DNA of 31,437 bases from Vitrella brassicaformis CCMP3155 (taxonomy: Eukaryota > Protista > Chromerida), in the NCBI GenBank assembly GCA_001179505.1, contig CDMY01000681.1, positions 1-31,437 of the forward strand. The letters run 5' to 3'. Positions 9,328 to 20,922 of this stretch are shown piece by piece. How positions within the stretch are numbered: position 1 is the stretch's first letter; the number at the start of each line of letters is the position of its first letter. The notes under the pieces are model-generated. The model saw nothing but the letters and a program-made list of their open reading frames with translations. It ran no database searches and was not told where the DNA came from. A program made the position numbers and the translations under genes.

Positions 9328-12300
9328 ATGGAGGTGGTTGCCGCCATTGACCAGGTCAGGTGATTGATTAACTCACAAGATGCCCATCCACCCATCCATC
9401 ATAGGAGCAGATCTGCCACGAAGCGCGTTCGACATGTGTGGTGTGGTGTACAGGGCACAGAGTCAACCAAGGTGACTTTTTATGACCGGCGGGCCACACG
9501 GGTGTCGACGGCAAGGCGAAAACACATGCAGGTCAATGAATGAATGAATGCTTGGAGAGAGAGATACGTACGTATCGCATACTCAGGGCACTCATCTCTC
9601 TCTGTGTGTGTGCGTGTGTGTGTGTGTCTTGGCCATTGCCAGCTGTTCCCCAGGGCGGGCTGGGTGGAGCATGACCCGCAGGAGATCTTCTACCAGGTCA
9701 GGTGGACTGGATAGACAGAGGGCCGCACAATGAATGCACATACGCATACAGATGATGCCACGTACGTATAATGCAATGAATGAATGGCATGGGTGTGTGC
9801 GTATATGTGACGGATGTCAGGTCAAGGCGGCGGCCACCGAGGCCTACAACAAGATCAGACACAAGAGGCCAACCATCAAGGCGATTGGTACGCCCGCCTG
9901 TCTGCCTGTCTGCCTGCCTGCCCTCTCTCCATATGTATGAATGTGTGTGCTGTGTGTGTGTGTGTGTGTAGGTTTGGCCACTCAGCGTGAGACGGTGGTG
10001 GTGTGGGACAAGCAGACGGGCAGGCCGCTGCACAACGCCATTGTCTGGAACGACACGCGCACAGGTCACTCACCTGGGTGGGTGGATGAGTAGATGGTGG
10101 ATGGATGTCCGTGTGGTCGTATGGATGTGGTTGGGCGGCTACAGATTCGCTCGTTCGTGAGCTCAAGAAGAAACTGGGCGGGAGGGAAGCGCTCAGGGAA
10201 ACGACGGGTGGGTACCGATCGTATCAACACACATTAGAATCAAAGAAAAGCATATGGATCTGTGTGTCCGAACACACACGTGCCGTGTGTGCGTGTGTCT
10301 GCAATACAATACCATACCCGCCACGCAGGTCTTCCCCTGAACAACCAGTTCAGCGCCTGTAAGGTCATGTGGCTCATGAAGCACAACAAACAGGTAAGGA
10401 AGGTACATAGGCAGAGGCAGAGAGGAAGGGAGCCGAGCCATCGACGGATTGATTCACCCACAGGTGCAGGAGGCCGTCACGGATGGCCGAGCATACGTCG
10501 GCACAATGGTGCGCACCGCACACAGCTGCACACACAGACAGAGACACACGGCATGGCACGGCCAGGTGTGTACCCCATCATGTGTATGTGAACGTGTGTA
10601 TCCATCAGGATTCGTACCTGTTGTCGTGCTTGACCGGTCGCGTTTCCTCCGCGGCCGTGACCGACGTCACCAACGCTGCCAGGACACTACTCTGGGACAT
10701 ACACGACAAGGTAAGGTGCCCCCAACACACCTACAGGCACATCAATCACATCGATGAATGAATCCATTGTGGACTGTGGGATGCGTGTGTGTGCGTGTGT
10801 GTGTGTGTCAGTGCTACTCGTCCAAGCTGTGCGATCTGTTCGGCATCCCCTCCACGGCACTGCCCAATGTGGTCTCCAATGTGGAACATTTCGGGGTCAG
10901 TGAGTTGGGCAGTGAATGGATTCACACGCATCCATACTCTCCCTTCCTCTGTGTCATGTGTGGTGTGGTGAAGGCTGTGACGGGCACGTCAACCTGTCTG
11001 GACGGCGTCCCGATCTGTGGGTGCATCGCCGACCAGAGCGCTGCTGCCGTCGGTCAGCGAGAGAGAGAGAGTGAAAGAGAGGGATGGAGTGGCCGTACCA
11101 GCGTATGAGACACAGAAGTATGAGTGCTGGAATGGATGCTATCTGTGTATCTGTGCTGTGGTGTGGTGTGGAGGTAGGTCAGGGTATATTGTCGCCAGGT
11201 GGGGGTGAGGTCAAGTGTGACTTTGGCACGGGCGCCTTCATACTCATGAACACCGGTACCTTAGCTACCCAATCGGCCACTTAACTTACAGACTGGAAAC
11301 GCCATCGTATTTCGTTTGTGTGTGTGTGTGTGTGTATAGGTGACGGCTCCCCCGTGTATTCGCCCAGCGGCCTCCTGACCACTCCCGTCGTCCAGCTGGG
11401 GAGCGATGGTATGGTATGCACACACACGCGCTTGTCCATCTAGATGAGATGACCAACTGCTGTGATCGATCTGTCTCTCTGGTGTGCACAGCGCCCATCC
11501 TGTGGGGTCTTGAAGGTGTGGTGCCGACGGCAGGTATGGAAACGCCACGCCCATCCGCACCGGTCACATGTATGGTGTGTCGGGGCATTGCACGTCTGTG
11601 TATGTGTGTATGTGTGAGTGTCAGGCATGGCAATCGACTGGATGATCAATCAGTTTGGCATCATGAAGTCGGCCGAGGAGACAGAGGAGCTGCTCAACGC
11701 TGCCAAGGACACCGGGGGCGTGGTTTTCGTGCCCGCCTTCCAGAACTACCACACACCAAGGTAACTAAGGTACCTTAACACATCCATCCATCCATCCACT
11801 GCTCCAGATGCGCACACATTTAGTGGAGGCATCCACACGTCTCCCTCCCTGCGTGTGTGCCTCCCTCCATCGGCAGGTATTCCCGCTCGATCAAGGGCAT
11901 GATAATGGGCCTCACCCAGGCCACCAAGCGGGAGCACATCGTCCGGGCCCTCTTCGAGGCCATCTGCTTCGAAATGCTTGAAGTACGGCCGTCGTCAATG
12001 TGCGACTGCCTATGTTTATCGGCGTGCTTGTGTGTGTCGTCAGATTGTGGAGTGCATGTGTCGCGACACGTCGAAGATGCACATTGGCGGCATCGACAAG
12101 ATCATGGTCAGTCAGTCCCCACAACACACACACCCACACACAACCAATCGAGCACCCATCTGTGTGTGTGCATGGGATGCAGGTATCTGGCGGCATGACA
12201 CGGAACCGGCCCTTCCTGCAGATGGCCTCCGACACCCTCCAGACGAGCATCCAGCGGGGTGAGCAGGAGGCCACCTCACTCGGCGCGGCCATCGTTGCGG

Positions 12301-12861
12301 GTCTGGGATCACAATTCTGGAAACACCAAGTAGGGGGGGAACCACAAGATGCGCATGAAAGAGGCAGGCGAGTCTGTGTATGGTATGGTGTCGTGGAATG
12401 GATGTGTTGTGTGCAGGAGGTTGCGTGGCTGGCGGGTCGGGGGGGCGAGCAGCTGCACCCTTCCATCGACATCATGGAGTGGCAGGCAAAATGTATTATC
12501 TCCATGACCGACCGACCCCTTTATGATTATCTCCTCTCAGCAAGCTGGTCTGTGTGTGTGTCCTGTGTGTGTGTATGTGTGCAGGTGATCGGTGGAACGA
12601 TGTCATTCAGCGCGTGGCGGGCGGCACAGAATCGAGGAGGTGCACACACACACACACACATACGCCAGCCGTCCACAGTCTGTCCATCCTTCGCGTGATG
12701 CATACAGGACGCCTCTGCTTAAGTCCCCGCCCCCCGAACTGATGCACCCGGCCAACAACACCACCACCAACACGGCAGCGGCCGCCGCAGATCAGCACAA
12801 GGAGAGGGGGCGGACAGGGAGCAGAGAGGAAACGTGGGTGATGGACGGCATCGACAAGTAG
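9328..12861 (+). CDS. Glycerol kinase-like FGGY carbohydrate kinase (21 exons, divergent)
   Basis: Spliced motifs match the GlpK/GK pattern: [133 protein letters not shown]. All introns are GT-AG. Confidence 0.9.
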
Positions 12862-13425
12862 ACAGGCAGGCAGGGACAGAGAGAGAAGGAGTTTATTTCG
12901 TTTGCAGCCGGTAAAGGCTTGCGCCAAGGCAAGACAGACAAGGCAAGTAGGCGATTGACCTGTAGGTGCTGTACCCTAGTCCCGTAGCAACATACACAGA
13001 TGTATCGGTTTTTGGCATTTTGCTAACTCACTACATGTCCCCTACCTATATATTGCTACCTATATATTGCTCGTACTTGAACATACTGACGGATGAATGC
13101 CAGCCAGATTATGGGAACGTCATGGGGATGTATTCACAAGTATGTCTGAAGCACAGCGTCCGTCCAACGTATGCATAAACAGCTGGGCGAGCAGCACGCA
13201 TAATCCGATCGACGAAGGGATTTGTCTGTACATATGCATCCACACGCATCCCCCATACGACAGGAGTACCGCTACACCACGACCACCACCACGACGACCA
13301 CCGCCACCACCAACTGCAACTGCAACACAGACAGACGACAGACATATGAGGGGCGTGCAGCGGCCTCTTTTGCATCGTCCTGGCTGTCCTCACCGTGTTG
13401 TGTTATCATTGTGTGTGTCTGTCCT

Positions 13426-15240
13426 CTACGGCGCCTGTCCGTCGAGCAAGACCGGTGCGACAGGGCCCAGTGACCGCCGAGCCAGGGCGGCCGTGCGCTG
13501 ATGCCTGGCAGGGAACGGATCGCCTGGGCTGCCCACCGGCTGCTCAGTCGTGACTAGTAAGACACTCACTGCCACATGAGAGAAGGGACAGACAATGAGA
13601 CTGTCTGTCTGTCTGTCCGCACTCACGGCTCCCACTCACCGTTCTGACGGTCATCAGGAAGGACCCAGAATTCGACCAACGCTATGAAGGGGTCCTCGAA
13701 TGCCGTCAGCAGATGAGTCTGATATACCTCTCCATGGGCCGCTTCCGACGCTCTGACAGCTGAGCATCCGTGCAGTGGTGTGTGGGGCGACCGCATCAGC
13801 ACGCCGTCCAGATAGCCACCCCTCACGCTACTACACACATCCACACACAGACAGACAGCGCTCCACTGCCACGTCCCATGTGTGCCCCGGAGAGAACCTA
13901 CCGATCGATGTCCATCTGCATGGTGTGGACCTGGACACCGCTCTTAAAGTAATGGTGCCTGATCGTGGCCACGATGAAGGCGCTCATCGACGCATCAGTG
14001 TCCTCCGAAACGCCTGCCGCCCAGCTGCCGCCGTCCTCGGCTTCTTCGTCGAACCAAATGGCCGACTGGACGGGCGGGTCGTCGTGCTTCATGTGCTGTT
14101 GGAAGGGGTGCTGCTGCAGGGGGTGCACGTCAGTGATGGGCAGGGGCGGGTTGAGGGTGATGGCGAACTCGGGCTCGTCGCGGATGGCGCGGATCTCGTT
14201 GGTGGCGTTCTCACGGAAGAGCTCGAAGGTGCCGTCCTGCTGGCCATTGGCACGACGGAAGGCCACGTGCCGACTGACGACCATCCACTGGGCTGTCACA
14301 CGGGGCATCGACAGGTAGGCCTGACACACAGGAACATACGACGATGACAGCCTATTCTCCCCCTCCCTGTGTGAGGTGAGGTGCTCCCTTACCGTCTTGG
14401 TGTCGTGCTTCTGCAGGTCTACAGCGTCGATGGTGACGGGCAGCTGGCAGTAGCCACACTGGCCCGCCACCCGCAGTCCATTGCCCACCTCTCCCCAGCT
14501 GCCGCCCTCCTCCATCAGCCACAGTGCCTTCATCACGCCGCCGCCGCCCAGCTGAGGCGCAAACCGCACCACGCCCGTCAGACCCGCCTTGTCCACGGCG
14601 ACGGTCAGCCGGCGACGAAGGGCCATCTTGACGTGATAGTTGACGAGTGGTGCAGTCGTCTTGAGGCAGCCGACGCCCTGCAAGTTGAGGGGCTCCTGCA
14701 GGCTGCCCACGGCGTCGGCCGAGAGGTGATCTAACTTGGCCTGACCATAACAGACACAAACAGCGCATCCGCTCGGAATTGTATCGGTTGGTATGCTCAC
14801 TGACCGATGCAGCAGTGCGTCGCTGAGGGAATGTGGCCGCCTTGACGAAGGCCTTGAGCGAGGCCTTCAACTTGGCGTACTGATCCAACGCAGCTATCAT
14901 GTGGAGCCAACAATCCTGCAGCCATGAATGAATGACACACACATACAAACAGACAGACAGACGTCGTTAACGCCACCAGTAGCGTGCGAATTCTCTTCTC
15001 GTTGTCCCAAATGTCGGGCAGTGAGTGCTCTCCTCTGGAGGACTTACGTGCGATGAGAGATCTACTGCATCCAGTGCGGACAAGCGGTACATCAGGCAGC
15101 TTATCTGCGAACGACAACACACAGGAGAGGGGAGAGGCGAGCATGGTTTGCCTGTCGACGCGTCAGGCCCAATTGCTGCGTACCTTCGAGTGTTCCTGCT
15201 CCAGACCAGACATACTGACGGCCGTCTGCGTCAAATCCAT
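13426..15240 (-). CDS. Hypothetical protein (probably a lineage-specific family)
   Basis: Exons join as MDLTQTAV...|...DCWLHMIAALDQYAKLKASLKAFVKAATFPQRRTAAS|AKLDHLSADAVGSLQ...KHDTKT|AYLSMPRVTAQW...MQMDIDR|SVRGGYLDG...DDRQN|VSVLLVTTEQPVGSPGDPFPARHQRTAALARRSLGPVAPVLLDGQAP*. The first two exons can be spliced in two ways. No catalytic motif recognised. Confidence 0.7.
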
Positions 15241-15347
15241 GGTGTAATGGCTGCGCCGCCCTTCTGCTCTCGGGTCACGTGAAACGTTTGTGAGTTTCGA
15301 GTGGATCGGATCTTTTTGAGTTTTTGATTTGAATTCGGACCTCAAAG
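15241..15347. promoter_or_regulatory. Putative compact bidirectional promoter
   Basis: 107 bp between the divergent ATGs at 15240 (-) and 15348 (+); contains the palindromic E/G-box-like TCACGTGA at 15275-15282. Function inferred from geometry only. Confidence 0.45.
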
Positions 15348-18300
15348 ATGCCGCCGTTCGTCACCGTGATGGCCTTTTTGCTGTGCATTCTGACGGTGAA
15401 TGGTGAAGATTCGCCGTCATTTCGTGGGTTGTCGTATGGCGAGGTGGACTACAGCAGCAAGGGGCTCAACTGGTCCGAGGGTGAATGTGGAAGCGACGTG
15501 GTGAGAACACACACCCGAGGGACGGATGGATGGATGGAACAATGGTGTTTTTTATGTGTGTGTGTGCGGTTTGTGTGCAGCGCCAGTCGCCGATAGACAT
15601 CGTACGTTCGGATGCAATTCAGTTGAGGGGGCGGGGCATCACGTGGTCGTACGGCACCGCTGCCGGCTATGAGGGAGGGGTCCAAGTCATCAACACGGGA
15701 AACGGCATTCAGGTAACTTACGTGTGATTGGTGCCCACCCAAGCACAAGCATCCAGTTCTTTCTGTGTGTACTGTACTGTTTCGTTTCATGTGAATGAAG
15801 GTTGAGCCTTTGGATGGCAACGCCACGCTTGGCGTGTTCAATGTGACGCATGAGACGCGGGACCCCGGTGTGGAGGACGACTCGTTCGTGGCGCTCCAGT
15901 ACCACTTCCACGCGCCGGCCGAGGTGATGGATGGCTAACGAAGGGACCAATGGGGTGATACGATACACTGATGTATGTATTTATGTATGTGCCTTTGTGA
16001 CTGTCAGCATTCGTTTGATGGCGTCCTGCTGCCACTGGAGATGCATATCGTGCACAAACACACACGAATCGGTGGGCTGGGCTGGCCTGGGCCGGCCTTC
16101 AGTCACACGGCGGATGGATGAATGGATGGAGACGCAACCAACCACAAATCACTAGCTTGCTTGGGGGATTGTCTGTGCAGACAATGTCTTCGCCGTGTTG
16201 GGCATCACCTTTGTCTCTTATCCTGACTCATATGCAGACACAGGTAAGTACGCACGAGCGTGTAAATGCCTGGCTGTACAATTTCCATGCGCACGCATAA
16301 GCTCTTGTGTTGTGTATATGCAGAAACTCAGGTCAACCCCTTTCTGGCAGCTCTTTTGGCGCGGCCGCTGCCCGAAACAGGTAGGCACATTCGTACTCGC
16401 ATGTGATGGAGACACGATATCTGTGTGCGAATGTGTCTCTAATTGCGTTGTTCCTGCAGGCGGAGACTCCTACAACTTGACGGCGGAAGAAGGTGTGCCC
16501 GACTTCAACCAGCTGCTGAGCAGTGGAGAGTACCCACTATTCTACTACCAGGTCGGTCGGTGTCTCTCTTACTGTCTGCTCTGCCACCACTCCGTGGCTT
16601 TGTTTCCATGCAATTGATCGTTTTCGCGTCCGTTGTTTCGTGCCTTCTCGCTCAGGGTTCGCTCACTACCCCTCCTTGCTCAGAAGCAGTCGAATGGTGC
16701 GCACACACACACACGCGCACGCAGACACACACAACCGAGACACACATATATATATTGAAGTTCACGTATGTCTTCTGAATGGCAGGTATGTGATAGATCT
16801 GGCCTTGCCCGCAACCGTCGGGCAGCTCAAGACACTCACAGATGCCCTGGGGCAGAACGCGAGGGCAATCATGAACCACAAGGTGAGAATGGGCCGAGAG
16901 AAGGAGGATTTGTCTCCACAATGCACGTGTGTGCGTATGTGTGCGTGACGCACAGAACAAGCAGCCGCTGTATTCGCTCATCGGCGGACCGGCTATGAGA
17001 AGGCGACAGCTGTCGGACGCGAATGCAACGGTGCATGGCACGGATGATTCCATGACTTCTAGATGATTCATGTGTGTGCGTGTGTGTGTGTGTGTGTGGG
17101 ACTACAGTGGTCTTACGAGGGCCAGGGCACTGCCTGGGAGGATATGGGTGACTGCGGCAGCACAGAACGACAGGTGAGTACTGATGCACACACACAGGTG
17201 AGTACTGATGCACACACACACACACACACAGACGCTGCGTCTCACACAAATTGTGCATCTATATATCATCGCTCAGTCGCCGATAGACTTCGAGATTGAC
17301 ACGATCGAGCAGGGCCCGCATTCGGTGGACGTGCACCTCAACTACCACACCGGCATCGAACAATGGAATGTCGAAAACACAGGTATGGAAAGATATTCAT
17401 GTGCATCGACGCGCACCCGTGCGTGTGTATGTACGTCTGTGCAGGCCACACGCTGCAGTACACGCTCGTTGAGCCCGCTGACAACCACACCACAGATGGA
17501 GACAACGTCACGGAGACACCACACTTGAGGAGGGCGGCAGCCGCACCACCTGGTGACGGCCGAGCTCTCATCGACCAGCTCACCGTCTCTGCAGAGAACG
17601 TACGCACCAACATAACAAACATATGTTTTCTCGTCTACAGGGCGCATTCGTCTTGCGCACCCACACAGGGAGCAGGACACGGGTCGATCATCAGTGACAA
17701 CCTGTCGTGGAATGCGTCCAGGTGGGGCATGGGCGTCGCATTCGTCCAAAACCAAGGCTACAGGTAAGCTTCTCTGCCTCCCCCCCTCTCAACGCCCAGC
17801 ACGTGTATGTGCATGTCCATATGACGCAGGATCGCGCAGTTCCACTTCCACTCGCCAGCAGAGCACCTATTTGGGGGTGTGCGGCGGCCGCTGGAGCTGC
17901 ACATAGTGCACCTCAGCATGAACAACACGGGAGAGGCACTCGTGCTGGGCGTCACTTTCATTGAAGGTACAACATGGTCAGAGAGACATCGATGCTTGCA
18001 CCATTCATTAGTATACGAGTCGAGTATACGAGTCTTTTTGTGCATGCAGGTCCTGCCGACCAGCCCAACAGCTTCTTGTCGTCTGTGCTGCAGGAGGCCG
18101 ACTTCCCTCAAGCAGGAGACGGCAGGGACGTCGACCTGAGCCCTGTATGGCCGAACACGTGCACCAACCAATAACGATACAAGTTTGCTTACCAACGTGC
18201 AATGTGTGTGTGGATGAAGGTCGGGAATATCTGGTCGGTGCTGCCGTACAGCGGTATGTACGCTTGCTTGCACTCACGCCCATGTGTATGTATGTATGTA

Positions 18301-18955
18301 TGAATGTATGAATGTATGTGCATGTGTGTGTACGCAGGTGACACAGCGTATCATTACAAGGGCTCTTTGACCACGCCGCCGTGCACAGAATTCGTCAACT
18401 GGTGCGTATGTCGGTGGGGTTTTGTTTCTGGTCAGGGGGATTTCTGTTTGCGCGTGTGTCGGTAGGTACGTATTGCGCGATCCCCTGAAGGCGTCACGAG
18501 CGCAGCTGGACAGATTCGAGCAGGAATTTTCATACACGGTATTCTTCAGGACACACACAGAGACACAAACGTGCGGAGTCGATCCTTGTTCAGGACACCC
18601 AGGGAAACTATCGCGCCAAGCAGAACGACCAAGTGCGACATGCAGCATGCCGTGTCCCGTACGCCTTTGTATACATGTGTGTGTGTGTGTGTCCCGTCAT
18701 GCAGAACACGCAGAGCGTGTACAAAGTCTTAGTGACGAAGGAGGGCGAGGATGTCTTCATACCTAGAAACATATCCACCCACGCGGGAGGAGGCCATTAT
18801 GAGGCATGCACACACACACACACACACACCCCACACCCGTTGCGTATGCAGTCACGTGTATCTGTTGTCTCTCTCAGAGCGTCGCCGCGCGTGTCGATGC
18901 GCCACTGTCCCTGTTGACGCTCGTGGCGATTTCGACACTCATGTGGCTCAGATGA
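15348..18955 (+). CDS. Secreted, probably GPI-anchored alpha-carbonic anhydrase with two tandem catalytic domains (22 exons)
   Basis: Signal-peptide-like start MPPFVTVMAFLLCILTVNG. Domain 1: RQSPIDI, NTGNGIQ, QYHFHAPAEH, EMHIVH, YQGSLTTPPCSEAVEW, NAR. Domain 2: RQSPIDF, NTGHTLQ, QFHFHSPAEH, ELHIVH, YKGSLTTPPCTEFVNW, GNYR. Hydrophobic tail PLSLLTLVAISTLMWLR*, which needs a GC donor at 18804. Confidence 0.92.
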
Positions 18956-19341
18956 AAGGACGAATACCAGATCCATCCTTTCGAGGCGATACACACGCAT
19001 GCGCGTGCATACACACGCGGCTACAGAGCAGAAAGCGTTGCTGTTCTTTTTGCAGTTGTAGGTAGGATCTATCAGCAGCAGACATGCAGACACATTCGTG
19101 TACATATTTGTGTGTGGTTAATGTGGCGGGTGCGAGGTGATGCATGGATGGATGGATGGTGAATGGGGCAGAGACACGAGTATTCAAGCGTGCTGCTGTG
19201 CCACCGATCTTCGCACACGATTGCACTCATTACATAGGTCCATTAGTCCGTCAACGCATACGTGCATTCAGTCCACAAACTCATGTACGGATATAAAATG
19301 TAAGCGGCGATCGATGGATGGAACTAAAACAGTCTCATACA

Positions 19342-20480
19342 TCAAGCATCAGACCATCCACCCCATCGCATCAGACCCCTCCCCTTTGCCCAGCCTCTCT
19401 CGCTCACTATCCTCGCCCCCTCCTTGTTGTCCTTGGTGCTGCTGCTGGTGCCCCAGTAGTTGGAGCCGCTGAAGGCCCCCTTGAGGGCGTCGGCTTCCCT
19501 TCGGCGCTTCTTGGCCTTCTTGGGTGGGGCGGGTGGATTGGCGCCGTCATCCTGCTGCTGCGGCTGCTGCTGCTGCTGCGGCTGCGGCTGCTCGCCTTGG
19601 CCCTCCTGCTGCTCGTCTTGCGGCGCCTCCTCCTGCTGCTGCTGCGGCGGCGGCGGCTCCATGTCAGGCTCAGCTGATGGATCCCAACACAGACAGGCAG
19701 ACAGACACACAAAAAACGCATTCATCCGAGACTTGAGGTCAGGATCTGCCCGCCAATGATGTGTGTGTCTACCTGGCAGCACACGGCGCTTCTTGAGGGG
19801 GGGTCCTGCGAGCTGTCCGTCCTGGCGCTTCCTCTTGGTGCCCCTCCTGTTCGAGTGGCGCTGACGGTGGCGCTTGTGCGGGCGGCGAATGGGCTCGTTC
19901 CCGTCAGCTTCGCCGTCACACGGCCTCTTCTGCCCGCGCCCTTCTGTTGAACCCTCTTTCTGGCCCGGGCCCCCACCGCCACCAGCAGCAAGCAGCCCTT
20001 GCTGATGTCGTTGGCCACCTCGGCTGAGTCGTTCTTGAGCGACGTGGGGCGGGCTTCTTGGCCTTCTTGTGGCAGTTGGGTATCCTGCCGCCGCGTGAGT
20101 GCTCGCGCGTCTCGAGGTCGTACCCTTCCGCCAGGGCTGTCGGGATGTCTGAGGGAGGGCGTTTGCGGTCGTTCTTGGGCTCGATGGTGCCCACGTGCCT
20201 CGCCAGCACGGCCCAGTGCGACACCGAGGGGGGAACGCCGTGTATTGGGGCGGCGGCCGCCGATCGCTTCATCTGGCCCTTCTGAACCGAGAGGGAAGGC
20301 AAGGCAAGGTCAATGAGTGTCTGGTTTGAAGCGTGCCTCAAGAACCATTCTACCTACCTTGAGGGCGAGCTTGACTCGCCGCCTGCACTCGTCCGGCGAC
20401 TGTTGCTGTTGCGGGGGCTGGTCACCATCACCATCACCATCAGCACCTCCCTGCTCGCCACGGCTACGTCCTCCTTGGCC
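19342..20480 (-). pseudogene. Decayed low-complexity, K/R-rich putative nuclear protein ('gene Y')
   Basis: Exon ...GGADGDGDGDQPPQQQQSPDECRRRVKLALK, intron 20282-20357, then KGQMKRSAAAAPIHGVPP.... The frame with coding-like codon usage shifts twice inside the 19770-20281 exon (...KKAKKP / PTSLKNDSAEVANDISKG / GQKEG...PPLKKRRVLP). Final Q-rich exon ...PPKKAKKRRREADALKGAF. An unrecognised intron is an alternative explanation. Confidence 0.5.
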
Positions 20481-20922
20481 AGGGGGGCGGCCGCCGAAGC
20501 GGCCAAATATGCGGAGACAAACAAAGAAGGTAAGAGGAGAGACATGAGCGAATCTGTCCGTGAGCCTCTTCCTTTCTCCCTCACATACTAACGTACCTGT
20601 GGGACCGCCGGGAATATCAAAACGATTTATAGCAGGCAGCCTTGGATGAAGTGGAGCCAGCGATCGATCTGCACACAGACGCCAGACACGTACACGCGAG
20701 TCGATCAGTCTGCTTTGACAGCTCACCTTCAATGCGCACACGGCGGGGCAAGGCAGTGCAACCGGTTCCGGGTTTGTCATCCGTCCCTCAAATATAAAAT
20801 GTAGCCAGCGATGAGAAAACGCAGTCGTCCAGCTTGCCCTTGATCAAGGGACCGCTGCTCTGTCGTCGCCTCCCTGTGACTCAAGCTGCAGGCAGGCAGG
20901 CAGGGATGAACGGAATCACACA
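20286..20922. repeat. Segmental tandem duplication, copy A
   Basis: Near-identical to 21517-22160 (offset about 1231); identity begins at accgagagggaaggcaaggcaagg. Confidence 0.9.

Noticed and set aside
13222-13473. Thr-rich ORF (YTTTTTTTTTATT)
   Set aside because: Translation of an (ACC/ACG)n microsatellite in the convergent 3' intergenic region; no splice or domain support.
15163-15260. Alternative frame HGFDADGRQYVWSGAGTLED for the first exon of the 13426-15240 gene
   Set aside because: No upstream ATG before an in-frame TGA; the same downstream frame is reached by MDLTQTAV plus the A|gtatgt donor.
5471-19226. Many ORFs rich in CVCVC, HTHTH or MDGWMDG
   Set aside because: Translations of intronic (GT)n, (CA)n and (GGAT)n microsatellites, not metal-binding proteins.
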